Source of the DNA: Firmicutes bacterium UBA5420
GTDB lineage: Bacteria; Bacillota; Limnochordia; Darwinibacteriales; Darwinibacteriaceae
DNA: 32,829 nt
Direction of reading: 5' to 3'
NCBI GenBank assembly: GCA_002409455.1
Contig: DHNI01000008.1
Span: 739 to 33,567 of the forward strand
Shown in pieces: positions 18,649 to 29,359 of the stretch (within the stretch, counting starts at the first letter, position 1; each line of letters begins with the position of its first letter). Under the pieces are notes generated by a model that ran no database searches, was not told the origin of the DNA, and saw only the letters and a program-made list of their open reading frames with translations. Position numbers and translations under genes: made by a program.

Positions 18649-19662
18649 TTAGGTTTTTATCTCACAATGATTAGCCGCTTTACGCAGACGATTCATGATG
18701 GCAAGCCCCAGATTGTCTTCTGAAACGCCCTCAATGAACAATATCCTAAGTTTGAGCACGTCTGCTTCTCGAAGCAAGTGATAAAGATTATGGGCCAGGG
18801 CATCTAAATCGCCAGTTGGACCCATGGGTAAAACCGTGAGAGCTGGATAAAGGTGAGCCCTTTCATCCCAGGTCATAACTCCCACACCTTCACCCCTTTG
18901 GATATAGGGTTCGCTTAGTTCTAGGATTTTTGCCCTTGAACCGCCCCCGGTGATAAGAAAAACCTTGGCTTCCGGCGCGTAATGCCGATATTTCATCCCC
19001 GGCGAGCGAGGGACCTCTTGTTCTTCTCCTTGGGGCTCACCATAGTACACAGGAACAAGCAAGCGTAAATCCTCGAGTGTAATACCCCCTGGCCGCAGCA
19101 GGCGAAAAGGCCATGTGGTGCAGTCAAGCACGGTAGACTCTACACCCCACCCAGTCTCTCCCCCATCTAAGATGGCGGGGATCTTGCCCTTAAGATCAGC
19201 ATAGACATGCTCAGCCCTTGTTGGGCTGGGACGTCCCGACAAATTCGCACTAGGGGCAGCTAGCGGAAATTCAGTGTGCTGCAAAAGTGCAAGAGCTATC
19301 GGGTGATCGGGAACCCGAATTGCCACGGTATCAAGACCCGCTGTAACAACAGTGGGGATTTGCTCGGTCTTTTTTAGAACTAAGGTCAAAGGGCCTGGCC
19401 AAAACCGATTCATAAGTAAACGGGCCTGAGGTGGAATCTCACGAGCAAAGGCCTCTACCTGATGCTTCTCACCAATATGGACAATTAAGGGATTATCCTG
19501 CGGTCTACCCTTTGCTTTAAAAATGGCCTCCACGGCCCGTAGATCAAGAGCATTAGCACCGAGGCCGTACACTGTTTCTGTGGGGAAAGCGACAACCCCA
19601 CCCTCGGCCAAAAGGCGTGCTGCTTCGTTAATTTCATCGGGGGTCAAAATGCGAGTCATCAT
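18649..19662 (-). CDS. L-threonylcarbamoyladenylate synthase (Sua5/TsaC long form)
   Basis: YrdC-domain motifs (FPTETVYGLGANAL, SAPSANLSGRPSPT) plus a C-terminal Sua5 domain. The ATG at 19662 overlaps the prmC stop (ATGA). Confidence 0.9.
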   Translation of the reverse strand: MMTRILTPDEINEAARLLAEGGVVAFPTETVYGLGANALDLRAVEAIFKAKGRPQDNPLIVHIGEKHQVEAFAREIPPQARLLMNRFWPGPLTLVLKKTEQIPTVVTAGLDTVAIRVPDHPIALALLQHTEFPLAAPSANLSGRPSPTRAEHVYADLKGKIPAILDGGETGWGVESTVLDCTTWPFRLLRPGGITLEDLRLLVPVYYGEPQGEEQEVPRSPGMKYRHYAPEAKVFLITGGGSRAKILELSEPYIQRGEGVGVMTWDERAHLYPALTVLPMGPTGDLDALAHNLYHLLREADVLKLRILFIEGVSEDNLGLAIMNRLRKAANHCEIKT

Positions 19663-20513
19663 TGCGCCCACTGAAATACCACCACCCGGTCTTGACCTGC
19701 ATAATCCTTCATCGTTTCCAACCAGGTGAATCCCGCTTCTTCACCAAGGGCGCGCACCTTGGCGCCTTGATCCCACCCGATTTCTAGCACGACAAAACCA
19801 GGTTGCTCCAAAAACGAAGCGGCCTGGTTTACGATCCGGCGATAAAATGCGAGTCCATCAGGGCCTCCGTCTAGGGCTAAGGCTGGCTCGACCCCGATTT
19901 CTGGAGACGCCTGCTGCAGTTCTTCGCTCTTAATATAGGGAGGATTGGAGCATATGACAGCATATGTGCCAGTCACTTTCCCAAAGAGATCACTGCAGAG
20001 AAAATCCACTTGATTATCTACCTCAAGACGCTTGGCATTAGCCTCTGCCACCTGCAAAGCGCTAGGAGAAATATCGACTGCAGTAATCTGGAAGTATGGA
20101 TCTTGACAGGCTAGGGCTAAGGCAATGGCACCGCTTCCGGTGCCTAAATCCAAAACCTTCGTAAGCTGATTGGGCTCCACGAGTTCTACAATCTTGTCCA
20201 CCACAAACTCCGTTTCGGGCCTGGGAATCAACACATGCTCATTTACTTGGATGCGCAAGGCGTAAAACTCCCGCTCCCCAGTGAGATACGCCACAGGAAT
20301 GCGCTGACCCCTGCGCCCGATAAATTGGCGATACTGTTCCACTTCTTTATCATTGAGGGGCTTATCAAAATTCAAATACAGGTCTAGGCGATCAAGTCCT
20401 AAGACATGCCCAAGCAAGAGCTCGGCATCAAGGCGCGCCGAACTACATCCTTTGCCTTCCAAGTAGCCTGCACTTAAATTGATTAACTCTCCAATCGTGT
20501 GTTGCTTAGTCAT
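19659..20513 (-). CDS. prmC: Peptide chain release factor N5-glutamine methyltransferase
   Basis: [11 protein letters not shown] and NPPY motifs. The ATG at 20513 overlaps the end of prfA. Confidence 0.92.
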   Translation of the reverse strand: MTKQHTIGELINLSAGYLEGKGCSSARLDAELLLGHVLGLDRLDLYLNFDKPLNDKEVEQYRQFIGRRGQRIPVAYLTGEREFYALRIQVNEHVLIPRPETEFVVDKIVELVEPNQLTKVLDLGTGSGAIALALACQDPYFQITAVDISPSALQVAEANAKRLEVDNQVDFLCSDLFGKVTGTYAVICSNPPYIKSEELQQASPEIGVEPALALDGGPDGLAFYRRIVNQAASFLEQPGFVVLEIGWDQGAKVRALGEEAGFTWLETMKDYAGQDRVVVFQWAQ

Positions 20514-21588
20514 GGTGAACGTCAACAGTCTCCTTTAGCCTCTCTACTTCATCAGCGGTAATTAAAGCATCAATGATTTCATCTAGATCGCCGTCCACAA
20601 CCAAATCCAACTTATATAACGTTAGGTTAATGCGATGATCGGTAACCCGTCCTTGAGGGAAATTATAGGTGCGAATCCGTTCACTACGCTCTCCCGTGCC
20701 CACTTGGCTGCGGCGCGCAGCTGCTTGTTCTTGTTCGGCTTCCTCTTGAAGCTGGTCATAGAGCCTCGCCCTTAGGATCTTAAGCGCTTTCTCTTTATTC
20801 TTGAGCTGAGACTTTTCGTCCTGGCAAGCCACAACAAGCCCAGTGGGAAGGTGCGTAACCCGCACCGCGGAGTCGGTCGTGTTTACACTCTGGCCACCAG
20901 GGCCAGATGACCTGTACACATCGAACTTTAAATCATTGGCTTCGATATGCAGCTCCACTTCTTCGGCTTCAGGGAGAACGGCCACTGTTGCGGTGGAAGT
21001 ATGAATGCGCCCCCCCGCCTCTGTGGTAGGAATTCTCTGTACCCTATGAACCCCGCTTTCAAACTTGAGGCGAGAGTAGGCTCCTTTACCTTCAATCACA
21101 AAGATGATCTCTTTAAAGCCCCCCAACTCGGTGGCGTTGCTACTTAAAATATCCACCTTCCAACGCTCAACCTCCGCGTAGCGTGAGTACATCCTGAAAA
21201 GGGTGCCCGCAAAAAGGGCTGCCTCTTCACCACCCGTGCCTGCCCTAATTTCCACAATGACGTTTTTATCATCATTGGGATCTTTGGGAAGCAAGAGGAC
21301 TTGCAGTTCACTTTCGAGCCTCTCCTTGTCTTTGGATAGGGTGGCAATTTCTTCATCTAATAGAGCAGCAAAGTCTGCTTCCTGCGGTGCTTCTGCCATC
21401 ATCTCCGCGTCGTCCAAATCCGCAAGCACTTGACGATACTCCCGATATTTCCCGACAATTTCTCCTAAATCAGAGTGGGCTTTGGCCAGTTTATTGTACG
21501 TCTGAGGATCACTTAAAACCTCTGGATCACTCATTTCGCGGTTTAACTCCTCATACTTCTGTTCTAACGACTGCAATTTTTCTAACAT
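20506..21588 (-). CDS. prfA: Peptide chain release factor 1
   Basis: GGQ motif ([11 protein letters not shown]) and a PxT-type RF1 sequence; full length. Confidence 0.97.
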   Translation of the reverse strand: MLEKLQSLEQKYEELNREMSDPEVLSDPQTYNKLAKAHSDLGEIVGKYREYRQVLADLDDAEMMAEAPQEADFAALLDEEIATLSKDKERLESELQVLLLPKDPNDDKNVIVEIRAGTGGEEAALFAGTLFRMYSRYAEVERWKVDILSSNATELGGFKEIIFVIEGKGAYSRLKFESGVHRVQRIPTTEAGGRIHTSTATVAVLPEAEEVELHIEANDLKFDVYRSSGPGGQSVNTTDSAVRVTHLPTGLVVACQDEKSQLKNKEKALKILRARLYDQLQEEAEQEQAAARRSQVGTGERSERIRTYNFPQGRVTDHRINLTLYKLDLVVDGDLDEIIDALITADEVERLKETVDVHHD

Positions 21589-21613
21589 CTAGCGGTTGCC
21601 TCCTGGCTGCCTC

Positions 21614-22531
21614 CTAGGCACTGGGATCGGATGCTGGAAAGGCGACCACTTTTTTCGCTTCTGGATGAATGGCGTCCTTATCCAACACTGTTTCAAGGGC
21701 TTTAATGGCCACTTCGATCATCTGCTGATCGGGTTCTGTTGTTGTAAGATTTTGTAGCAACATACCTGGTTTGGCCGCCCATTTAAATATGGGATGGCAA
21801 TCCTTCTGCCCTGCCTTGCGAATTAACTCATAGGAAAGCCCTGCCACAATGGGCATAATGGCCAGATGAATCAAAATCCGCTGAAGAAAGGGGGGCCGCC
21901 CAAAAAACGAAAATACAAAGACACTGGTAAACAAAACAATCAGCAAGAAGTTCGTGCCGCAGCGGGCATGTACGCGGCTATGTTTAGCCACGTTGTCTGC
22001 GGTGAGTTCCTCACCTGCTTCATAGCAATTGATCGTCTTGTGCTCGGCACCATGGTAGGCGAATACTCGTTTAATGTCGTCCATCCAAGAGATGGCTACG
22101 ATATAGATAACGAAAATGGATACCTTGATCACGCCTTCCACCAAGTTAACGACAATATTGGATGTGATGTGGCTTTGCACAAAACGAAGTAAAAATGCCG
22201 GCAAAACAATGAAGAGAGCGACAGTTAAAACTAGGGCAAATCCCATGGTCAAAACCAATTCTTTCGTTGTCAACTGCTCCTCTTCTTCCCCAAATTGACT
22301 GGCCGAATAGTTAAGACTTCTCAGCCCCATAATCATACTTTCCACTAGGGCCACAGCCCCCCGCAATATGGGTTTCTTCAGGATAGGAAAGCGGTCGGAC
22401 CAAGGTTTCAAATCTTCCTGCAAAACAGTGATGGATTGGTCTGTTTTCCGTACAGCAACGGCGGAATGATACTGTCCACGCATCATAACCCCTTCGATGA
22501 CGGCTTGACCTCCATAATTAAACTTGCCCAT
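21614..22531 (-). CDS. DUF1385-family membrane protein (commonly found upstream of prfA/prmC)
   Basis: The N-terminus GGQAVIEGVMMRG and the segment YHGAEHK are characteristic of DUF1385. Confidence 0.75.
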   Translation of the reverse strand: MGKFNYGGQAVIEGVMMRGQYHSAVAVRKTDQSITVLQEDLKPWSDRFPILKKPILRGAVALVESMIMGLRSLNYSASQFGEEEEQLTTKELVLTMGFALVLTVALFIVLPAFLLRFVQSHITSNIVVNLVEGVIKVSIFVIYIVAISWMDDIKRVFAYHGAEHKTINCYEAGEELTADNVAKHSRVHARCGTNFLLIVLFTSVFVFSFFGRPPFLQRILIHLAIMPIVAGLSYELIRKAGQKDCHPIFKWAAKPGMLLQNLTTTEPDQQMIEVAIKALETVLDKDAIHPEAKKVVAFPASDPSA

Positions 22532-23411
22532 CTAACACGCGTCCTTTCATTAAGGAAATTAGGTTCTGAACTTGATGGCCTGGTACAACGACGACCAACT
22601 GATCAAGGGGTAAAAGCACATCAGCCCCCTTGGGAGATGTGATCTCTTCTTGCGAACGAATAATAGAGAGCACCTGTACGCCCAAATCTTTGCCTAAACC
22701 GACCTCAGCCAAGCTATGATAGGCTAAAGCCGATTCTTCACTAAGTTCAATCTGCAAGAGAACCTTATCATCGTCTAAATGCATAACATCCCTGAAGGAT
22801 CGCATCCAGAGCGGCTGCGCATAGGCACTACTTTTTAGCGAACGATAGCCCCGTGGCAAAAAAAGCCGAGTGATACTGCCAATGATAATGCCCGCCAGCC
22901 AACCGATGAGCAAGGCCAGAAACGTACTATAAATCAAAGTTCCCGCAGGGCCGGCTAAGTCCTGCACCCAATATTCAGTAAAATATTCTAAGCGCACAAT
23001 GCGATCAAACATGTCTACAGCAGCAATCATGCCCACATAACTAGAGATATTCCCCTTAATACTGGCAGAAAGACTGTAAGAAAGACCTATAACAAAGACT
23101 GCAGCCACCAAGACTGGCACTCCTACCTTGGTTAGGCTGCCAAAGAGTATACCTAGCGCCAACCCTCCGCCAAGACTTAATGCTGTGCCACTAATGCGGG
23201 GTAGTAAGAGCAATAGCAGATCGCGCAAATGGCGAAAACGAATAGAAAACTTGGGCATGGCCACGATCATATCAAAGGCCAAAAAGCCTACAAAAATGGA
23301 TACAAAGGATGAAGTAAGACCTGGTATCTCGCGAACTAAGTAGTAGGCTACTCCTACCACAATAGACCGCATAACCATGATAAAGAAAACGACTGCCGGT
23401 TTACGTGCCAT
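22518..23411 (-). CDS. Polytopic membrane protein with a C-terminal RCK_C (TrkA-C) domain; function unknown
   Basis: Five or six hydrophobic helices, then a roughly 80-aa segment ([60 protein letters not shown]) resembling TrkA-C. The start is uncertain; ATG 23411 is preferred over 23498. Confidence 0.55.
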   Translation of the reverse strand: MARKPAVVFFIMVMRSIVVGVAYYLVREIPGLTSSFVSIFVGFLAFDMIVAMPKFSIRFRHLRDLLLLLLPRISGTALSLGGGLALGILFGSLTKVGVPVLVAAVFVIGLSYSLSASIKGNISSYVGMIAAVDMFDRIVRLEYFTEYWVQDLAGPAGTLIYSTFLALLIGWLAGIIIGSITRLFLPRGYRSLKSSAYAQPLWMRSFRDVMHLDDDKVLLQIELSEESALAYHSLAEVGLGKDLGVQVLSIIRSQEEITSPKGADVLLPLDQLVVVVPGHQVQNLISLMKGRVLDGQV

Positions 23412-24012
23412 AGTTCTGCACTCCCAATTGCAGTTCCGGTGACCCTGGGACCTGGTGACAACGGCTACAGCGGGCCTCGTAGTTTTCGGTTGCTCCAATT
23501 AAGATAATGGGTTCGTCATACTTGGCCGGTTTACCGTCAATCAAACGCTGAGTACGGCTGGCAGGCCGCCCACACACTACGCAAATGGCGTTGAGCTTTG
23601 TAACCTGTTCTGCTAAAGCCATTAAAATGGGCACCGAGCCAAAGGGCTCACCACGAAAGTCTTGATCTAGCCCTGCTGCAATCACGCGTTTTCCTGCCTT
23701 AACCAGCTGTTGGCAAACTGGAATAATATCCGGGCTAAAAAACTGAACCTCGTCAATGGCTACAACATCAATCTGATCATCTATCTGATTGAGAATATCC
23801 TCGGCTTCCCGAACGGGTACGCAATCAATATGCAAACCATTATGGGCTGCAACTTTCTCCATCCCATAACGATAGTCCAAGGCTGGCTTAAATACTATCA
23901 CATTCTGTTTAGCAATGGCGGCCCGTTTTACCCTGCGGATTAACTCCTCCGATTTCCCCGAGAACATAGAACCCACAATTACTTCGAGCCAAGATGCTTC
24001 GCGTATTGGCAT
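23401..24012 (-). CDS. tdk: Thymidine kinase
   Basis: P-loop [13 protein letters not shown] and C-terminal zinc ribbon CxxC...CxxC. Confidence 0.95.
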   Translation of the reverse strand: MPIREASWLEVIVGSMFSGKSEELIRRVKRAAIAKQNVIVFKPALDYRYGMEKVAAHNGLHIDCVPVREAEDILNQIDDQIDVVAIDEVQFFSPDIIPVCQQLVKAGKRVIAAGLDQDFRGEPFGSVPILMALAEQVTKLNAICVVCGRPASRTQRLIDGKPAKYDEPIILIGATENYEARCSRCHQVPGSPELQLGVQNYGT

Positions 24013-24080
24013 GATTTCACCTCTGTCACGTAATAACAGTTTAAGTTTCTCTAAAGTGTAAGGGAAATCCTGCCTTTATT

Positions 24081-25313
24081 TTAGGACTCAAAGGATTGCA
24101 GCATGCTCGCGGTTTTCTGATCCACCTCGGCTTTGATGATCAAGCCCTCTGCGACAAATTCTTCTGCCAGGACATGGGCATTATCCCTCAGATAGCTCGC
24201 TTGACTTAACTTGTCAAAGGGAAATAAATACTGTCGCTGGAAGAACTTTTCTGAAAAGAAAGCATCGACCGCTTCTGCCAACTTCTCTAGCTGGTATCCA
24301 GTTTTGGCAGAAATCGCCTGTTCTGGGCTTCTCACCTCGATGGGATGTGCTACTAGATCTACTTTATTATACACTGAAATGATCGGTGCCGTGGCACCAA
24401 TTTCTTTCAATACTTCCTCCACCGCTTCCTGTTGTTCCAAAGACTGGGGATGGCTAGCATCAATGACATGGAGTAAGAGATCTGCGTAGACGACTTCTTC
24501 TAAGGTCGCTTGAAACGCAGCCACAAGTGTATGAGGAAGCTTTCGGATAAAGCCAACTGTATCAGATAAATATACCCAGCGACCGCTCTTTAAATCCCAA
24601 CGCCTGATGGTCGGATCTAGGGTGGCAAAGAGCTGATCGGCCACATAGACATCCGAGCCGGTGAGCGCCTTCAATAAAGTAGATTTTCCTGCATTGGTAT
24701 AGCCCACAAGGGAGACAACGGGTATGGCCGTGCTTGCCCGTCCTTCCCGCTGCAGACCCCTCGTTTGCCTGATTTTCTCGAGGTCTCCCCTAAGATCCGA
24801 GATACGTTTTCTAATCCTACGGCGATCCGTCTCCAGTTTGGTTTCGCCAGGGCCCCTTGTACCTATTCCGCCTCCAAGGCGCGATAAGGCCTTCCCCTTA
24901 CCCATAAGGCGGGGCAATAAGTAATTGAGCTGAGCTAACTCTACCTGAATCTTACCCTCGTTACTTTGGGCCCTTTGGGCAAAGATATCCAAAATAAGTT
25001 GGGTACGATCAATAACGGGCGCCTCCATAAGATCCGAAAGATTACCCTGTTGTGCTGGTGTGAGCTCGTCATCAAAGATGACTAAGCTATCCTCATCGAC
25101 CATATCGCCAATCTCATGGGCTTTGCCCTTGCCGATAAATGTACCCGGATCGGGATAGCCTCGCTTCTGAACAAAGGAGTCGACCACATGGAGACCTGCA
25201 TCTTCAGCCAGTTCTTTTAGTTCTAGGAGGTTCTCTTCTACTTCCCAGTCTCTTTGAAAGCTCTGCTGTAAGGCCACCAAGTAGGCATTTTGTTTCATGG
25301 TTTCTTGTTGCAT
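24081..25313 (-). CDS. hflX: GTPase HflX
   Basis: HflX N-terminal domain plus G-domain (GYTNAGKSTLLKALTG, DTVGF, NKVD). Confidence 0.95.
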   Translation of the reverse strand: MQQETMKQNAYLVALQQSFQRDWEVEENLLELKELAEDAGLHVVDSFVQKRGYPDPGTFIGKGKAHEIGDMVDEDSLVIFDDELTPAQQGNLSDLMEAPVIDRTQLILDIFAQRAQSNEGKIQVELAQLNYLLPRLMGKGKALSRLGGGIGTRGPGETKLETDRRRIRKRISDLRGDLEKIRQTRGLQREGRASTAIPVVSLVGYTNAGKSTLLKALTGSDVYVADQLFATLDPTIRRWDLKSGRWVYLSDTVGFIRKLPHTLVAAFQATLEEVVYADLLLHVIDASHPQSLEQQEAVEEVLKEIGATAPIISVYNKVDLVAHPIEVRSPEQAISAKTGYQLEKLAEAVDAFFSEKFFQRQYLFPFDKLSQASYLRDNAHVLAEEFVAEGLIIKAEVDQKTASMLQSFES

Positions 25314-25344
25314 AGGTTACCTCTTTTCTCGCAGGAATCCCCGG

Positions 25345-25367
25345 CTTGATCTGGAAATCAGATCAAG
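25345..25367 (+). promoter_or_regulatory. 9-bp inverted repeat CTTGATCTG-N5-CAGATCAAG abutting the dinB RBS
   Basis: Perfect palindrome in the 67-nt hflX/dinB divergent spacer. The 3' arm runs into GGGAGG. Confidence 0.35.
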
Positions 25368-25380
25368 GGAGGAATCAAGT

Positions 25381-26547
25381 ATGCGCACAATTATGCACGT
25401 TGATATGGATGCGTTCTTTGCCGCCGTGGAGGTCTTAGACCATCCAGAATATATTGGAAAACCCTTGATTATTGGCGGTCGCAAGGATTCACCCAGGGGT
25501 GTTGTCTCCACTGCCTCCTATGAGGCACGCAAGTTTGGCGTTCATAGTGCCATGCCCATTGCCAAGGCTGCTTTGTTATGTCCAGATGGCATCTTTATCC
25601 CAGGAAGGATGGCCCGTTATCAGGAGGTCTCTGGTCAAATTCACAGGATCTTCCCAGAATTCTCGCCCCTTGTGGAGCCCCTTTCCATTGATGAAGCTTT
25701 TTTGGACATGAGCGGTTGCGAACATTTCTACCCTAGTTTGGAAGAGATGGGCCACAGCCTGAAATGCCGTATTAAAGATCAGACGGGGATTACCGCATCG
25801 GTTGGAATCGCGCCTAACAAGTTTCTGGCGAAACTAGCCTCAGATTGGCAGAAACCCGACGGTCTTCTTGTGCTTCGCCCACAGGATATCCAGGGCTTTC
25901 TCCATGATCTCCCCGTAGGCAAATTATGGGGCGTAGGCCAAAAATCAGAAGCAGTTTTGCATAGGCTTAACCTTCGCTATGTTAGAGATATTCTACCCCA
26001 TTCCTTAACCTGGTTGCAAGAAAACGTAGGTTCAGCTTTGGGTTCGCAGATCTACTATTTGTCTCGGGGTATTGATGAACGCCCAGTTGCATCTGAAACG
26101 GAAGCACAATCTATTGGCCATGAGATCACCTTCGCCGAAGATCGCAAGAGCCTATCTTTCCTGCGTCAGCAGCTGGCCCAAATGGGTGAAAAGGTGGGCT
26201 GGCGACTGCGGGAGCAAGGGTTCTACGCTCGCACTGTCTCCATCAAGGTACGTTTCTACGACTTTAAGACCATCACGCGCTCCCATACTCTAAATTATTC
26301 CTTTAATGATGATGATACCATTTTTAGAGAAGCTTTACACCTTTTGGAACAAATAAAGCTTCAACCCGTAAGGCTTTTAGGCGTTACAGTGAGCAATTTT
26401 TCGGCGGGAGCCCAGTTATCCCTCTTCGCAACAGACGATCAACCATCGAGTCAAGTCAATGAATTGATGGATGCCATCAATCGAAAATTCCAGCCAGGTG
26501 CCATTACCAAGGGTCGCACGTTACCTACTGACGAATCGAGTAGCTAA
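25381..26547 (+). CDS. dinB: DNA polymerase IV (Y-family)
   Basis: N-terminus MHVDMDAFFAAVE and the segment SIDEAFLD. The ATG at 25381 is preceded by GGGAGG. The upstream extension overlaps hflX. Confidence 0.95.
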   Translation: MRTIMHVDMDAFFAAVEVLDHPEYIGKPLIIGGRKDSPRGVVSTASYEARKFGVHSAMPIAKAALLCPDGIFIPGRMARYQEVSGQIHRIFPEFSPLVEPLSIDEAFLDMSGCEHFYPSLEEMGHSLKCRIKDQTGITASVGIAPNKFLAKLASDWQKPDGLLVLRPQDIQGFLHDLPVGKLWGVGQKSEAVLHRLNLRYVRDILPHSLTWLQENVGSALGSQIYYLSRGIDERPVASETEAQSIGHEITFAEDRKSLSFLRQQLAQMGEKVGWRLREQGFYARTVSIKVRFYDFKTITRSHTLNYSFNDDDTIFREALHLLEQIKLQPVRLLGVTVSNFSAGAQLSLFATDDQPSSQVNELMDAINRKFQPGAITKGRTLPTDESSS

Positions 26548-26569
26548 AACCGACTAAGGCACGAAAATA

Positions 26570-26591
26570 GCGGGACTGCAAAGAGTCCCGC
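26570..26591. terminator. Hairpin GCGGGACT-GCAAAG-AGTCCCGC between convergent dinB and the opu operon
   Basis: 8-bp GC-rich stem. On the minus strand it is followed by TATTTTCGT. Confidence 0.55.
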
Positions 26592-26619
26592 CATATCTAC
26601 TATGATTTAGGCTAGCTGT

Positions 26620-27525
26620 CTAATTGTAATAGAGATCGTTCACCAAGGCTCGCGCAGCTTCTTCAACCTCCACATAATCCACATCAACCATTTGGTTATA
26701 AACGGCGATTGTGGCTTCGTCGATTTGACCAAGAAGTGGCTCAATTAGGTCAGCAATTTCAGGGTGTTCAGCAAGCAGACTATTTGCCACAACTACAGCT
26801 GGGTCATAAGGCGGGAAATACTGGAGATCGTCTTCCAACACAACAAGATCCATGGCGACAATGCGGCCATCTGTGGAATATGCTACAGCGACATCAATAT
26901 CGCCTGTTTGCACTGCACGATAAATCAAGCCGTAATCCATGCTAGCTACCCGATTAAACGTAAACCCATAGGTGTCCACTAAATCGTTATAGCCATCACC
27001 AGCCCGCTCGCGAAACGTGCTGTCCATAGCAATTGTCATGGAATCAGCATAGTCTTTGAGATCAGAAACTGTCTGAATGCCATGTTCTTCAGCGAAGGCC
27101 CTTTGAACAACTAAGGCGTAGGTGTTGTTGAAACCAAAAGAGTCAAACCAAGTGGCATCGAACTGGGCGTCAAACTCTTCTTGAACATAAGCTTGAACTT
27201 TTTCCCGATCCTTCCATTCGTCCGTTACTTCCATATTTAGCACACCAGCAAACTGTGTACCAGTGTAGCTCACGTATAATTGGGCGTCACCAGATGTCAA
27301 CGCAGCGTGTAGCAAGGTTGAACTTGAAAAGTTCCTGATATGCTCAACAGTCAAGTCAGTATTATCTTCAATAACAATCTTCACCGCTTCGGCAAGAATC
27401 TGTGGTTCTGCATAGTTCGGCGAGACAATGGTAATCGCCTCTTGCGCAGATGCCATCATACTTCCACCAAGAATGATAAATCCGATCAACGCGTATGCAA
27501 ATGTTTTCTTCAACATTTCACTCAC
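26620..27525 (-). CDS. Glycine betaine/choline/carnitine ABC transporter substrate-binding protein (OpuAC-domain, OpuCC-like), non-lipoprotein
   Basis: Type I signal peptide (GGSMMASA/QEA, no Cys). OpuC/OpuB-type SBP sequence (YTGTQF, DLQYFPPYD). Confidence 0.85.
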   Translation of the reverse strand: MSEMLKKTFAYALIGFIILGGSMMASAQEAITIVSPNYAEPQILAEAVKIVIEDNTDLTVEHIRNFSSSTLLHAALTSGDAQLYVSYTGTQFAGVLNMEVTDEWKDREKVQAYVQEEFDAQFDATWFDSFGFNNTYALVVQRAFAEEHGIQTVSDLKDYADSMTIAMDSTFRERAGDGYNDLVDTYGFTFNRVASMDYGLIYRAVQTGDIDVAVAYSTDGRIVAMDLVVLEDDLQYFPPYDPAVVVANSLLAEHPEIADLIEPLLGQIDEATIAVYNQMVDVDYVEVEEAARALVNDLYYN

Positions 27526-27537
27526 TCTCCTTTAGTG

Positions 27538-28188
27538 CTAACTATCACGGGCAATACGTAATCCCCGTGGTGTTAAGATTCGTTCTAGTCGACCAAGAGC
27601 AAATTCTGCAATGAGGGCCAAAACGGCTGCTGGAATAGCACCTAGTAGGATAAGTTCATTGCGAACCATTCCAAGGCCAGTGACAATAAAATCACCGAGA
27701 CCGCCCCCGCCAATCATGGCCGCTAAGGTTGCCGTTCCGATAATGATCACTGTTGCAGTTCGGATACCGCCCATGATCACAGAAAGAGCAATCGGTAGTT
27801 CAACCATATATAGGATTTGAAAATAGGTCATGCCCATTCCTTTGGCAGCTTCTTTCACAGACTCATCTACATTGCGGATTCCAATATAGGTGTTACGCAA
27901 TATAGGAAGAAGAGCATAGAGAAACAACGCCACCAATGCCGGCTTTTGGCCAATTCCCAAGCCTAGAGGGATCATCAAAGCTAGTAGCGCTAAGCTGGGA
28001 ATCGTTTGAAAGATATTGGCGATATTCATCACCGGAACTTCAACCCACCTATAGCGTGTGGCCAAGATTCCAAGAGGAATCGAGATAACGGCCGCGAGAA
28101 GAACGGGCGTAAAAACAAGCACAAGGTGTTCTTGTATAGCGAATAGAACGTCAATGCGTCTATCAATTAGCACTTCTAAAAAACTCAT
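27538..28188 (-). CDS. Osmoprotectant ABC transporter permease
   Basis: BPD-type permease with the EAA-like loop KEAAKGMGMTYFQILYMVELP. The ATG at 28188 follows the ATPase stop. Confidence 0.88.
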   Translation of the reverse strand: MSFLEVLIDRRIDVLFAIQEHLVLVFTPVLLAAVISIPLGILATRYRWVEVPVMNIANIFQTIPSLALLALMIPLGLGIGQKPALVALFLYALLPILRNTYIGIRNVDESVKEAAKGMGMTYFQILYMVELPIALSVIMGGIRTATVIIIGTATLAAMIGGGGLGDFIVTGLGMVRNELILLGAIPAAVLALIAEFALGRLERILTPRGLRIARDS

Positions 28189-28198
28189 AAACACTGTA

Positions 28199-29359
28199 TC
28201 AACTCCAAGTTTCGTTAACTGGATTGTCGTTATTTTTTGATCCATCCCAGAGGTCGACAATCCCTCGCAAGAGCGCAGTTCGGCTCACAAGACCAATGGG
28301 ACGTTGCTTACGGTCGACAACACATAATAGCCGTGTTCCATTAGCAAGCTTTGAGGCTGCATCGCGGATTGTAGTCGTATCTACAACCGCCTGCGCTCGT
28401 CGATCAGAAACTTGCGGTAGTGCTTTGCCTTTAACGCCTTTGCGCTGAATATCGTGAGCTGTAACAATGCCCCCGAATCGCCGCGAACTATCAACAATTA
28501 CCGCATAGTCCGATCCACGCTTTTGCATCTTCGATACTACTTCAGCTGCTTCTGCCTCTTGGGAAATGGTTAGTGGCTCGGTGAGCATAATGTCCGACAC
28601 TGGTGTAACGTCAGCGTTTGGAACAAGCCTCTCTTCACCAAGAAATTCCCGGACATAATCGTTTGCTGGGTTCTTCAACATTTCTTGAGGGGATGCAGCT
28701 TGGACAATAACCCCATCTTTCATCAACACAATTGTATCGGCAAGCTTAATGGCCTCATCAATGTCATGTGTGACAAACACGATCGTCTTCGCAAGGCTTT
28801 GCTGTAGGTCTTTCATTTCATCCTGCAATTGATCGCGGGTGATTGGATCAAGGGCACCAAAAGGTTCATCCATCAAGATAAGATCGGGATCGCCTGCGAG
28901 TGCTCGCAACACACCAACTCGTTGCTGTTGGCCGCCACTTAACTCAGCAGGATAACGATCCTCATAGATTGCAGGATCGAGATTAACAAGCTCTAATAGT
29001 TCGCGTGTCCGCTCACGCCGTTTGTGCTTATCCATGTTCTTGAGTTTCGGAACAATTTCGATATTGGCAGCAATCGTCATATGAGGAAATAGACCAACGT
29101 CCTGAATTACATAGCCAATTTCCCTACGAAGCTGAACCACGTTCGTGTCTTTTGTTGGTACATCGTTAATCCATATCTCACCTGATGTGGGTTCGATCAA
29201 GTGGTTGATCATTTTCAGTGTTGTTGTTTTGCCACAACCACTTGCCCCGATAAGGACAACAAACTCACCCTGATCTACATCGAGGCTAAGGTCATCGACA
29301 GCGAGAAACGGCTCACCATCTGTCTGATAGACCTTAGTCAGGTTTTTCAATCTCAGCAT
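28199..29359 (-). CDS. Osmoprotectant ABC transporter ATP-binding protein with tandem CBS domains (OpuCA/ProV type)
   Basis: Walker A GASGCGKTT, signature LSGGQQQRV, Walker B ILMDEPFGALD, and a C-terminal CBS pair. Confidence 0.92.
   Translation of the reverse strand: MLRLKNLTKVYQTDGEPFLAVDDLSLDVDQGEFVVLIGASGCGKTTTLKMINHLIEPTSGEIWINDVPTKDTNVVQLRREIGYVIQDVGLFPHMTIAANIEIVPKLKNMDKHKRRERTRELLELVNLDPAIYEDRYPAELSGGQQQRVGVLRALAGDPDLILMDEPFGALDPITRDQLQDEMKDLQQSLAKTIVFVTHDIDEAIKLADTIVLMKDGVIVQAASPQEMLKNPANDYVREFLGEERLVPNADVTPVSDIMLTEPLTISQEAEAAEVVSKMQKRGSDYAVIVDSSRRFGGIVTAHDIQRKGVKGKALPQVSDRRAQAVVDTTTIRDAASKLANGTRLLCVVDRKQRPIGLVSRTALLRGIVDLWDGSKNNDNPVNETWS

Noticed and set aside
25314-25380. Looked for a LexA/Cheo box (GAAC-N4-GTTC) upstream of dinB.
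   Set aside because: None is present in the spacer, so no SOS box is annotated.
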